From positions 9,796,001 to 9,860,000 of the forward strand of contig CM119377.1 of assembly GCA_051294905.1 (NCBI GenBank): a stretch of 64,000 bases of DNA, read 5' to 3'. The notes under the pieces were generated by a model. That model saw nothing but the letters and a program-made list of their open reading frames with translations. It was not told the DNA's origin and ran no database searches. The translations under genes and the position numbers were made by a program. Below, one piece after another: positions 12,903 to 24,593 of this stretch; position 1 is the first letter of the stretch, and each line of letters starts with the position of its first letter. Origin of the DNA: Botryllus schlosseri. Taxonomy: Eukaryota.

Positions 12903-14809
12903 GTGAGATTAAAATCGACTTTTGTGACTTAACTGAAAGAAGCTTTAAGCGTAACCTACCGTATAGAGAATATAGCGCACATTTTAACGTTTTAATGTAA
13001 TGTTTCTACAATTTCAAAGGTTGGGCTGTGGTCAATAGAAGAAATGTCAAAAGAAGGAGACGAATCCATGCCAATTGCCTCACGTGCAGAAGCTGCATGT
13101 GAACACTGAATAACTCATCTACCATCGTATATTTTCATTTAAACCGGAAATATACGTGAATAATATTCACTGAATTTACACGAGAAGCAGAGGACTACTA
13201 TACGCAGACCTGAAACGATTGACTTCTGAGGAAATCTTAAGTCGGTCAATGAATTCCATTTGGTCGAAGTCATGAAGACGGAAGCAATGGAAACCCCCTG
13301 TCCTTACAACTTATTCGATTGGGATCCTAATTTGGACGGCTGTTCGCAAATGATGACAACCAAGCTACTGCAGTAACGTGACGTAGGAGCTGTTCGCCAC
13401 TTATAACATATATATATATATGTCCAGCTTGCAAAAGGCAGATATAGGATTGATTCGAAGTTATCGAAAGCCCAAGCTGACCATACCCGTGGAGCTATAA
13501 AGTCTGCTCCCTGACTTATACGGATTCAAGTGATCGCGAAAATAGTATATGGAAAGATGCATCCAAAAATAGAATGTCGAGAGACTTGTTAAATCTTAAA
13601 GATAGATGATAAATTCCTCTTTACCTATCCAACCGGACACTGTGACCATGAGTGTGGTGTTTAACACTCCTCTCTTATTTATTGTTCTTCAAATTGCATG
13701 TTTGATATTTGTCGATGTTCATATACAGTGTTACTACTCTCGGGGATTGCGATTCACGCGTATCGATAAGATGGCACCAGTTGTAATTGAAATATATGGC
13801 AATATTTATAAAGTAAGTGCGTGATTGTTTTTTACTAGGCCGTATAAAATCGTGACTATTTGAAATGTACCCAGATGTGATGAAATGTAAAAGTGGTGTG
13901 GGATGACAAGATTCCACGAAGGTAATATTCTCGAATATAGATTAGCATTCCAAGGTCGAATTTAAGAAAACGATCGCGAAAAATACGTGATAGTATTTTA
14001 GTTTTCCAGTATGAATTAGAGTTGATAAGGAAGATTTTTGTTGTTGTGACTCAGCAAAATTCAGAGGCTGCCCGAAAGCTTCCAGATCAGCCTAACCGTT
14101 CACCATGCAGGTTATGAAACGTTAAGAACGATTGCCCAATCCATCTTGAAAATTACATGGTATTTCTAATGTCGTAATGTTTCATTTTGAAGTACAACAG
14201 AATAGAGTAACATGTATTTAGATTGCGACTTGTGTGTTAATTGATTCTCGAGTTACTACCGAGATAGCTCAGACTTATTCAGTCGGTACAGTTTTCACTT
14301 GGTTGTTTTCTGCAACATCAATACTATACTGGACATATGTGGGCAAGTTCCTCAAGAAGTCGAGTGCTGGCCTTGAAAATTTAAATAAAAGGCAAGTACA
14401 CTGAATTATAAGTAATAGACGATATCATATCGGAACAAGTGAGGAAAATGAAGGTTCAAGTGTCGATGGGCGAGGTCGATATGCTAAAGATCTTGATCCG
14501 GCAATATCAAGCTTTGATTGTTATGTATATGTTTTTGTTATGGGGTATTTTTTATATACTCTGCTTGTTGACGAAGCAATAAAATCTCTCTCTCTCTCTG
14601 ACTAATTATTCAGCAACAGAATCCAGCAATTCCTAAACCTTGCAACCTTGCTCATCCTTATTCCGATTAGCATTGCTACGGATCCGGTGTATTATGTAGA
14701 TTAGGGTACACCATAGTGCTGAGTAACCGTTAGAAGGGTGTACCATTCCGGAAAAGGTTGAAAAGCACTGGTTTCAATTATAAAATGGGTGTGGTAATCA
14801 TAGTAGTCT

Positions 14810-15349
14810 TGAATAGTATATTCATATTGAAATCAACCCGGATATTTTCGGCTGACACCAAGGCCTACCAAAAACAGGCCATGCTGACACTCGTCAGGGG
14901 TAATCGTCAGCAACTAGTAGAGAATTCACAAGAACACCGTATATCAACAATCGTAGCACAAAATATGACATCACCAGCATGAAATCTCGAATACGAGAGC
15001 GTTCAATGTACTATTTTTAGATGATACGCGAACTCTTTTTGTTGACACAGCCTTGGCTGGTGTATTTTGATAAAAGTCGACTCCAAGGCACACAAATGAA
15101 AGTGTGAACGACCCTTTCCGAGTATGCAAAATCTGTCGTCTCGATAATTTTTCGCACCGGCGGGATTATCCAACAAGTGTTTGCCAATTGCAGAATTTAT
15201 GGCCTTTGATTGTTTCGCATCAATCTTGAGCGGATGAGTTGCGGGCTTCGGTGAAAAGCTCACCCTTAACTCATCCACTCAAGATTGATGCGGAACAATC
15301 AAAGGCCATAAATTCTGCAATGGCCAAACACTTGTTTGATAATCCCGCC
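14810..15349 (-). mobile_element. Penelope-like element fragment with inverted terminal duplication, in intron 2 of gene 1
   Basis: SAIGKHLLDNP...DDRFCILGKGRSHFHLCALESTFIKIHQPRLCQQKEF matches the PLE GIY-YIG C-terminal pattern. Arms 15159-15240 and 15268-15349 are inverted. Absent from the paralog. Confidence 0.78.
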
Positions 15350-15431
15350 TGGTCGTTGTGAAGCACAATATGGTTTAAAAGTGATGGTGATATTTCCCGG
15401 TATTTACACACGTGTGTTATACATGTCCCAG

Positions 15432-15520
15432 ATTTTCAAGGACAATGCATGTCCCGCAATTCCTTATACAATGTAATCCCCTCTTGGGAAGAAGATACGA
15501 CGCAATCCCTACTGGAGTAG
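15432..15520 (+). CDS. Secreted peptide precursor gene 1, exon 3 (acidic tail, stop)
   Basis: tgtcccag acceptor. Phase 1 gives (D)FQGQCMSRNSLYNVIPSWEEDTTQSLLE*. In this frame 3 differences to the paralog are synonymous (TGC/TGT, TCC/TCT, ACG/ACA). Total CDS 330 nt, 109 aa. An extra symmetric exon cannot be excluded. Confidence 0.7.
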
Positions 15521-15701
15521 AAATAACCGATATTCTATGGGTCAACAAGCTTAAAATTACGCGAAACGCTCGGACAATGTGGCTGATAGGCGCAGTTATG
15601 TGTCGAGCACGAACTCGCCCGAGCATTCATTTGAGTAATGCTGTTTCGTCTGGATATCGTATGAATTGTGCGAATTGTACCAACAAAGTATATAAGTACA
15701 T

Positions 15702-15707
15702 AATAAA
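15702..15707 (+). terminator. Candidate polyadenylation signal of gene 1
   Basis: First AATAAA I found after the stop codon at 15520. Confidence 0.35.
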
Positions 15708-17009
15708 ACGAATGGTAATCCTATCCATTCCGAAACTGGAATGTGTATTTTCTAATGGCCCACCGCGTATAGTTTTGGAGATTATCTCGATACGAAACAT
15801 TACCAAGGACAGTTACATACTTCTAAATATGAAAATGCCGGATTTTAATTTCCACTCTAATAATTTTTGGTAACAGATTAGAGAGTAATGGGGACAAGTA
15901 TGCATGGGAGCCGAGACAAACACGAAATGAGATGGTGTAATCCTTATTGAATATCACTGTACAATGATTTCATGCGCTCTGTCGCTATAATATTTGGAAT
16001 ATTATAGAAACACACGGATAAATACGTGGATAACTTTTTTGATATAGACATCCATTAAAGGCCATCCAAGTCTTCTTGCAAATAACGTGGTATTTGAGGG
16101 TTAAACTCTACCAGCATCATATCCATGAATTAATATGGAACCCTCTGTCATACTAAAGACATGTGTTTCGAAACTGTATGTTCTTTGTTCGAGTTATTTC
16201 GCGGGACTTTCACACTTTACATGATGAGCAATGAAGTTCACGATGTAATAGTGTGTACTTCCACCTACCTACGGCACTCTTCAATATTCGTTAAAGTAGC
16301 ATGTTGGGAAATGTAGTTTGTCAGGTGATTGTCATTATAGACACTACACCGACCGCTTGGTAAATAACGTACATATCGTCATTTTAATCAAAACTAATAG
16401 CCATTCAAATGCTGCATAATGAAGACAAACCGAATAATAGAAATACGAATGCCAAATGCCTGACGACCAGTGGCATTGGGACGAAATAAATTTCGAAATA
16501 GTTTTATAAAACCGTTCAATACCCAGGTCAACGTGTGTGATCTGATGGCGCGACATTTAGACTGGTCATAAAAGCTCGAAACAATTTTACGAAGAACCGA
16601 TTTCATGTAAGCTCAATTTACCAACATTCATTTCGTCGTCAGTGAATCTATCGCCTTTTACCCGTAAGGCATTTCAATCAAGCTGTGATTGCACAGGGAA
16701 TTGACAAAATTAAATACCGATATCCACTTGATGGGCGGATGTAAGAAAACAATAATGGAGTATACCGTCAATTGTTTCCATTCTTTGGTTCAAATAAAGA
16801 CAACATCGCAGTCTCGTCTTGATCATATCTAAAAATTTGTTTTCAAGTCGGTATCGTTGTTTTTATGTCTTCTGTAACGCTCAAAGCTCTTTTTAGAGCA
16901 AATTTCATTTTTAGCGTTTCTTGTAGATAATTCGACCAAAATGTCGCTTCTGAAGCTTTCTGGCATTGATCAATGAAACGATGTTTCGCAAAATAGTGGG
17001 ATGTGAATT

Positions 17010-17200
17010 CAGAGGTGGTCAAAGTAGTCAAGAAGGCTACTCAAGTAGAAGTAAAAGTGGCGACGAAAAAATCTACTCATGTACGGGTAGAAGTACTTCA
17101 TTCCTAGGTAACCTGAAACTACTTGAAGTAGAAGTAGAATTGACTGATTTTAAATCTAGTCAAGTAAGTAGTTGTGAAAACGATCGTAATTCGTTCGCAT
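17010..17200 (+). mobile_element. Partial copy of the CAGAGGTGGTCA hAT MITE family
   Basis: Reverse complement of the 42780-42971 end (agtagaagta repeats). Confidence 0.7.
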
Positions 17201-19278
17201 GGACTGCCAAAAGCTGCAAATGGAGCTATGCGGAAGGTGTAGGGAGCTTGATTCATATTGATGCATCCCAGGAGATGTCAATTTTTGACAGAATAAGCAG
17301 TCGTCCACATCATGGGATGTAAATGATAGTATTAACATCTATACGCGATACTTATCCTTTGTTTACTCGAACACCCCATTTTAAAGAATATCATGGCATG
17401 GCGCCCTCCCCCATATTATAATGCCCCTAGTTCAGTCAAAGAGCAATACGGAGAAGTTGTATCGGATACGGCTTTAACACTTTGCGCGATTAGTATACGT
17501 TAATTAAAAATATGGCAGATCTTTAAAATGCCATATAGTGTATAGCTTTATTTTCGGAAAATATAAGGCATTACTACACTTGCTTTTATACTTTAACATG
17601 TATGATCTCCTGAGAAAAGAACTGAAACTTTATTTAGAACTCAACGTTTATACTAGTAATGGAAGGAAAAATACAATAACTACTTCTATAAAGCGTAAAA
17701 TATATTTCATGTCTTTTGTCCATAAAGTTTCAACGGTGGTATACTAAAACAGGTCTGACGTTAAATAAAGTCAAAATCCACTTTTCCACATTAGGACACG
17801 TCATGGGCTGCTAGGTATAATAGGTAATTGCTAGTCGAATAGAAATAGAAGTAATGGGGTAAATTTCTAGAAGTAGCAATTTCAAAGACATTCCAAATTT
17901 ACTGCAGGTAGGTGTAGAAAATAAATATGCGAAAGGTACTCATGTAATTAATTTCAAAAACTAGATTCGGTCGATGAGTCGCCTACTTTTAGCAGTCCAT
18001 TGGGGGGGGGGGCAGTGCCCACTCTGTAAATTGCAGGGTGCATTTTCGCGAATAACACAGAATGAACAATGATACTTGGAATAGGCTCGATCTTCTAATA
18101 TAGATTTAGGTACCGTGATATAAGTGTTTTTCCGTCCCTTTGCCATGGACAGTTTCACTCTTTTACGTGATGAAAGAATATCGGTAAAAGTGAAATTAAA
18201 TACTGAACACCTCTGCTGATAATTTTTCGGCAGTTGTGTGGAAGTAAGTTAGTAAAAAAATGGAAGCACTGCTATTGGCTGCAATTAATTTTAATTTAAT
18301 TTATTTAAGTTTAAATAAACCAACTTTTTCCCCGAAAAAATTTCTCTCTCTCTCAAATTTCAAGGCTGACCCTCAGGATGGCGTCAGAGAGAGAAATATG
18401 ATGCTTCAGTGCGTAGTCACTGTTGCCTGGTTTCAAACGAGCCGTCAACCATGGTTGTAAATCGCGCGGTTCGTCAGATATGGAAAAATGGAAAATACAT
18501 AGAAAATGTACAAATGGGCGTGGTCAGTGAGTGGTCGTCAAGGTCAAGTTCATGATCAAGACTCAATCGGCCCTTACCGTTCAGTTTATGCCATGAAACA
18601 ACGCGATGTGCTTTCTTTCGTCGTATCCAACTATTTGCAGGCATAGTAAACCTGTTTATGACTCATATGCCGTCTGAATTTGCACTTGAACTTGACCTAG
18701 ATCTTGAAAATCACTGAAGCGTGACCAAAATTAACAGATCCCTCTCAGAAAACTCTCCAGAACACGTTTTGAAAATTGAAACGGTGAAAATTTACACAGA
18801 ATACCGTACATGTCGACTTCTGATGTTGTGGCAGATTTTCCGTCAATATTTCCCACTCGGAAAATATCTGGAAATTTCAGGTGATAACCATATTTTCATT
18901 TATTTTTTATTCATTTTTTATTTTTATGAACCCAAATTTTTGAGTAAGGTACCAAATGTATCGGAAAAGTCTTAGCTTTTCAGAACACGTAGTACCCGAT
19001 GTCTATGTTTATGGTATGTGATGATTATTCTTTCTTCGTGATCTCATCATTTGTGTTGATTACCCGCATGTTACCCTACCTATATATTGTATGTTTTTAT
19101 ATATCGCGTTAAGTTGCTTGAGTCTTCATTTAGTTAATAAAAACCAAATTTGCGTAGAGGTCGTAGTACGTTTTCAGTACAATTTTATAAACTAAACGAA
19201 CGGTGTCGTCTTTTCCGTAAAATACATGGCTGCATACAACGCGAAGCTCATCTGCGTACCAGTGTTGGAAGCGTAGTG

Positions 19279-19681
19279 CAGTGGTGGCCCGACGAACGGG
19301 GGGGGGGGGGGGTCTGGGCGAGACTTGCCGGGGGCCCCCTATAAGTATCTATCCGTAACTTCTGGAGGGCTCCGCCCCCCAGACCCCCCTCCGCATCGCT
19401 TATCATTATCTATCTTTCACCACCACAAAGGTTTGCTCAGGTGCTGAATTCGGCCATGTCTATTTTGCATGAAAACTAAGTAATTCTACCGCATGCAGAG
19501 ACGTGATGATTATCGGGATACGGGACTTTTCTAACAAATGCAGTGATTGGATGATGATTGACACATCTGTACGGAATCATATTCTTGCTTGGTGGGTCGA
19601 AGGGGGGCCCCTTCGACCAGGGGGGGGGGGGGGGGTGGGGCGGGCGACCGCCCACCTCGCCGACCCCAAAAGCCACCACTG
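19279..19681. mobile_element. GC-rich MITE with CAGTGGTGGC TIR and poly-G tracts
   Basis: TIR pair present. An inverted, longer copy lies at 26602-27234. Confidence 0.75.
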
Positions 19682-19990
19682 CACGTGCGGTGGATTCGCA
19701 GAAGGTTTTCAACCATTGGAAGCATATGTTGGAGAGCTATATTGAAGCCATTGAGCAATCAATAAATGCCGGCTCTGCATCGTGTGGGAGTGGATCGGAT
19801 TCACCCGCCCTTGCTGCCATCAATAAGATCGCCATTATTGGTGGATACATGTCTGCTGAGATATTTTCGTATATCGAAGATAAGAAGGACTACCTTGATG
19901 CAATGGAGGTGCAGTACATACTGCTAAAATATAATCAAAAAAGCTAAAAACCTTGTCGATAGTCCGCGGCAATAATTATATAATCAAAAA
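19682..19990 (+). pseudogene. Ty3/Gypsy-like gag N-terminal remnant
   Basis: KVFNHWKHMLESYIEA...NKIAIIGGYMSAEIFSYIEDKKDYLDAME...Y resembles the F.HW...FE.Y...KL..L...VS..IY..I.D..DY..A...L...Y gag pattern as I recall it. Ends in stops or a frameshift. Confidence 0.55.
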
Positions 19991-20228
19991 ATTTAACACA
20001 GTATACAAACTGTGTTTTGGTGGTTTGCAAAGACGATTTCAATATTTTGACGCTTGATGGAAAACTCCAATGTAAATCGGATAAAACATAAGCGGCTTAA
20101 GGCATTTTCACGCACTAAAATTTGCGGGTGGTTACCGCGTGTTTTAATTGTAATCCAAAACTTGTAGGACAAGGAAAACGCTTGTTTGCATCTCCTGAAT
20201 ATTCGCAGCCATGAGCGATATTGTTAAC

Positions 20229-22161
20229 CAGGGCATGGTATGGTATGGAATGAAATGGGAATTTTCCATACTCCATACCCACCCCAATCGTTCCATACCA
20301 TACTCAGAAAATTCCCATACAATAGCAACATTCTTCCACACCATATTTAATACTTTTTCCATACTTTCGCAAATTGCCCTACCTCTCATCTGATATGTGG
20401 AAATGTTCCGGCGTTTTAATTCTAATTATTTTGGATGAAATCATCCATTTGAACAGCCCTGATGCACCAATGATATCCCCAGCTCTTTATATCATATTTC
20501 GTCAGCAATGTATGTTACCTATAATCATTGAAGACGGAACGTATAATATATACACACGGGATTATTTGGAAGTAACAAGAGAATCTCATGACATGTGAAT
20601 CTAGTGTCGTAACACACTGCTAGCAGTAACATATTTTACAAAATTACAGAAACCAAAAGTATTGCGAAATTAAAAGATTGGTCCCAAACCTTTTTTCTTT
20701 ATTTCCCACAACCGGAAATATACATTTCCACCCTTTAAAATTGTTCCCTCCAATAAAATTTGGTAAGACTTCGTTATGTAAAGACTTGCTATTAGTGGAA
20801 GCTAAGACCCCCAGAATTGAGCAGCACACAATAAAATTAATGAGCAGTGAACTGGTAACCATAAACGTAATGTTGCGCCTCCGTAAAATGTATATATGTA
20901 AGCCGACAAAAAATAGAAAGGATTTGAAATATTTCCAAATGTAGCACGGTAGCATCAATTTATATGTGTAAATGTTAAATAATGCTGTGGTCAGATAAGC
21001 TTCCTGCTGTTGACGAACTTATGCGCATGGTAGATATAAGCCGCCATAAGCTACACTTTCGCACGCTACTATAACTCGAAAAGAAATATATCATTTCATT
21101 TGTAACGAGTCCGGCTATATGCTATCATTTAGCGAGTGCGCGCATCTCCCGTGAATACGTATTCATGTAGATATGAACTCCTACTGTAACGAATTACACC
21201 ATTTCGCATACGACTGAATACCAACCTATATGCGGGAGATCGCGTGCCGCGATCCAGTCGATTCTCGATAATTCGAGGCACTGATGATACGAAATGCTGA
21301 ATTGCAAATGAGCTAATAGGCCTAAATATTAGAGATACGATCGACATTTCACACAGAAGTGTAATAAACAGGTAAATACTGTAAAAAAAATAACAAGTGA
21401 GTCTATTCCCAACCAGAAACCCTTAAATTCCCCACACTGCATTAGAGTATATCTTAGGATATAAATTTACATCACTCCAATCATATTTGGACAGTGGTAA
21501 CACATTAGCTTCATTAGCCAACATCAGGGTGTCCAGTGTCCAATGTCGATTCTTTTATTGGCGATAACCAGATTTCATGAAGTTTAATGCGTGTTGAAGG
21601 CCGGCATACCTTAACGTCGCTCCAAGATAAGGTACATATTTTTGAATAACAATTACAATTACATTCTCAGAGTCTACGATTTTAAAACTCCCCTGGTAGT
21701 TTACGGAGTAGAAGTTGCGATAAGCGAAATGCAAGTTGTAACGTGACAGCGGTCGAATATCATTCGTTTTTATGATATTTACATTGGAATAATTATTATT
21801 AATATTATTTTCCTTCATATGCGCGTAGAGCAATTTGTTTGTCTTCAAATAGATGTCGAGCGTGGTTGGCTATTCATGAATCGCAATATTAGATATGAAC
21901 ATAGACAGTGAGCGATTTTCTGATGTATGCAATCAATTTGACAAATCAAAAGTAGGATCATTGCCATGATTCTGACAAAACTGTCAAAGTATGGAAAAAG
22001 CATGGAAGTATGGAAAGAACATGCCATACCATACTTGGGAAATTTCCATACCATATACCATACTTGTACTTTTCCATATTCCATACCGAGATTTCGTTCC
22101 ATATCAGACCATACTTCCATACCATACCATACCATACCATACCATACCATACCACACCCTG
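20229..22161. mobile_element. hAT-type non-autonomous element with (TGGTA)n/(CCATA)n subterminal repeats
   Basis: TIR caggg..tggtatggtatgg and a perfect 8-bp TSD TTGTTAAC. Confidence 0.9.
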
Positions 22162-22369
22162 TTGTTAACCGTTAGATTAGAACGATTATTCGTTTAAGTT
22201 TGAGATAGTTTCCCATTTCACAAACGCGCAGGAGAGAGAACGCCGAAAATTACATTTTCACCGAGTCACCTTTATCAGGCCTTTTTCTGTATTGCCCTGG
22301 GTAATGTTTGCCGACCTATGGGGTTTGGGGTTGTTTGCTTGCTGTATTCATGGTCTTTGTCGACTGTGG

Positions 22370-22597
22370 TCATTCGCACCAGGCCGATATTCTTCATTTT
22401 TTATTCCTTAGCTACCTGACTTGTAGCGCGGTCCACGTCTAGGCTTTTACAAGACACCGCTTACACTGATGAGATGGCGAGGAGGAGCCGAGATAAACCT
22501 CCAAAACTTGGGTAGCAATTCTGAAGTCGACCTTGGTTGGACTCGAACCCATAATCCATTGGTGTTGCAGATGTAGATTGTACCACTACGTTGGGGG
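22370..22597 (-). mobile_element. tRNA-derived SINE
   Basis: Minus strand carries an A-box-like cgtagtggta and B-box GGTTCGAGTCC (22539-22549). The body caccaggccgat...cttgtagc...ctaggctttt..aagacaccgctta recurs at 27370-27475 and 46620-46710. Confidence 0.7.
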
Positions 22598-24593
22598 TGT
22601 GTTATTTGACTTGTTTTAGGGGGAGGGGTCATCGCTGTTCTGTTTGGTCTTTTGGGGGAAAATTATTCCCGCATTACGTAATTTTATTGCTCTGTACCGG
22701 GAAAATGCCGTTAAATGGCAAAGTAACGAATTTGACATCTCTGCAGGAACTAGGTTATACAACAGAACCTTTCGAGTATCTCATACCCTACTAATTCAAC
22801 AAAAATTATAAATGAAACTTTTTACTGCAACTTTTGTGAAAATTGAATGAAACTTTTTCGCGATTTTAGTGCAACAAACACTTGCCCTACTAATATTACA
22901 AGATAGCAGATCTCATCAACGCAACTAAGGATACGTATTGAGGTGACTCATATACAATGGAAATGGACATATAAACTATCGACTGATTACATCTTCACAT
23001 CAGCACGAACAACCCACCACAACGAAACGGATTGACACGTCAGTAAAGCTATGACGCTTCACTGTCTAAAAGGCGCAACGATGGCTCAATATAGAACCGC
23101 AAAGAAGGCATTCTCGTGCCTGGAATCTCAGATAAATGTACACACGGATGTAAACCGGGGCCATTCGGAGATAGGCAAGGCATAGGAAGCGATATTATTG
23201 ATCCGAGCGAACTCCATAGGCTACGACTAAGAACGCAATGGGGATTCTATTCGTGCCGTCAAAATATGCAATTGTTCTGCTGGTGGTCGGGGTGGTGGTA
23301 TTGGACTGCGCGTCAGTTAACGCCATAATTGGAATTAAATTTCGAAAAGGATTCAGAATGATGAACGGGTACGTATCTTACAGCGAAAAAAATGCTTCCA
23401 AATAATCAAGTTTGGCCGGGCGGGGTTGTGGATGTAGATATTTCTATCAAGAAAGATCTATTTTACATACTTGTAAAAATGTTCCGCGGGCATTGTGTGA
23501 TGTAGGCCCTATTGCATATCTGGGATCACGGCGGTCGGTGGTAAATATGTGGTTGCCGACATGTCACTTGATTTAATGGTTAGAACGTTTTCCGATGCTT
23601 TTTATTCTTGAGAATATTATTATGTTCTTTATGTACAGTAAAACTGGTAAATACCCACATAATCCGGGAGGCAACCTGCCTCCAATACACGAAGAAGTTA
23701 GATCACAGAATTGCAATAGATGGAGAATTGGCAAGGGTTGCAGAAGTAAAGATGATTGAAAATGAAGAATCGAAATTACATAAATTATGTTGTGATATTC
23801 CAGTAGAAGTGTAGCTTAGTCCAGTGGCGCATTCAAGGTCTTTTGAAGGATCACCTATAAAGTGATTTTCTGGATCATGTCGAGTCGAACGATTCCCGGA
23901 ATTTCGTGGATAGGTCTCATGAGTTCATGTTTAATGCTCGTAACAGCAGATGCATCGAGCATCATTACATCGTCATGATCACGCCAGATGCACTCAGTTA
24001 TGTGTATTTAGTGTTAGGATAAAGTCACAAGTCATATCTAGTCACTGCAAACTCGAGTCAAATCGATTAATATTTTCTCAAAATTTTCGTCTCAAATTTC
24101 GAATCATCAAATATTTTCAGCTTATGCCGTTTTATTTCAATGTGCGGATGCAGATGCATAATTGCATCAAGGCTAGCGCTAGACCACGCCGAATCAGTCA
24201 AACTTGGTATCGTGCAATTTCTATACTACTAAAACGACATGAGTTTCCGCTGTCATTTATGTAAATTGATGAGAGGCTGCCCGCAGGACATGTTCCGTTC
24301 AATATAGTATGGGAGTATACCAACGTGTAAGTTATGTTTATTAATTGAAATGCTGCATGAGTGCTATAAAGGCAGCACCGATTGAAATAGGTGTGAAAGC
24401 GAAATCTGTTAGCGGAAAGTGCCGATGGCCTGATAGCAACCTGTATATAGTAGCTCATATATATGTTATGGCGAAAATCTGGTAAATACACCTATCTCCT
24501 ATGCATGAATTTGCATTGCAAAATACGAAGTTGGTCATGGTGAGCTAATCAGATTAGTAAACATAGACTAAGTTTGGGCTATGTAATTAGCAG

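Larger units (their letters stand above)
1..15545 (+). repeat. Segmental duplication block A (paralogous to 51586-64000)
   Basis: Collinear matches at many anchors: 14-60 vs 51589-51640, 171-290 vs 51781-51900, 4515-5830 vs 52650-53860, 7700-8740 vs 53940-55260, 8770-9930 vs 58190-59340, 11930-14030 vs 59345-61410, 15360-15545 vs 63805-64000. Each block has its own private insertions. Confidence 0.95.

Noticed and set aside
13229-13376. Possible extra exon in intron 2 (…METPCPYNLFDWDPNLDGCSQ…)
   Set aside because: The paralog has an indel and an in-frame TGA. The acceptor is poor.
15412-15873. 153-aa ORF overlapping exon 3, including an attractive CNPLL-GRR amidation-like motif
   Set aside because: Wrong phase for joining exon 2. 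Differences to the paralog are non-synonymous in this frame, and the paralog stops after GRR. The alternative frame carries the synonymous changes.
16200-17009. Coding-looking fragments on both strands downstream of gene 1
   Set aside because: All frames are interrupted within 40-70 codons and no motif is recognisable.
18180-18995. Possible non-autonomous DNA element (tgaacttgacct motifs)
   Set aside because: No second copy, TIR or TSD can be established within the window.
21845-22197. ORFs with VWYG/YHTIP repeats
   Set aside because: Artefacts of (CCATA)n subterminal repeats.
22535-22597. tRNA gene
   Set aside because: A/B boxes are present but no convincing cloverleaf, and it continues into a repeated SINE body.
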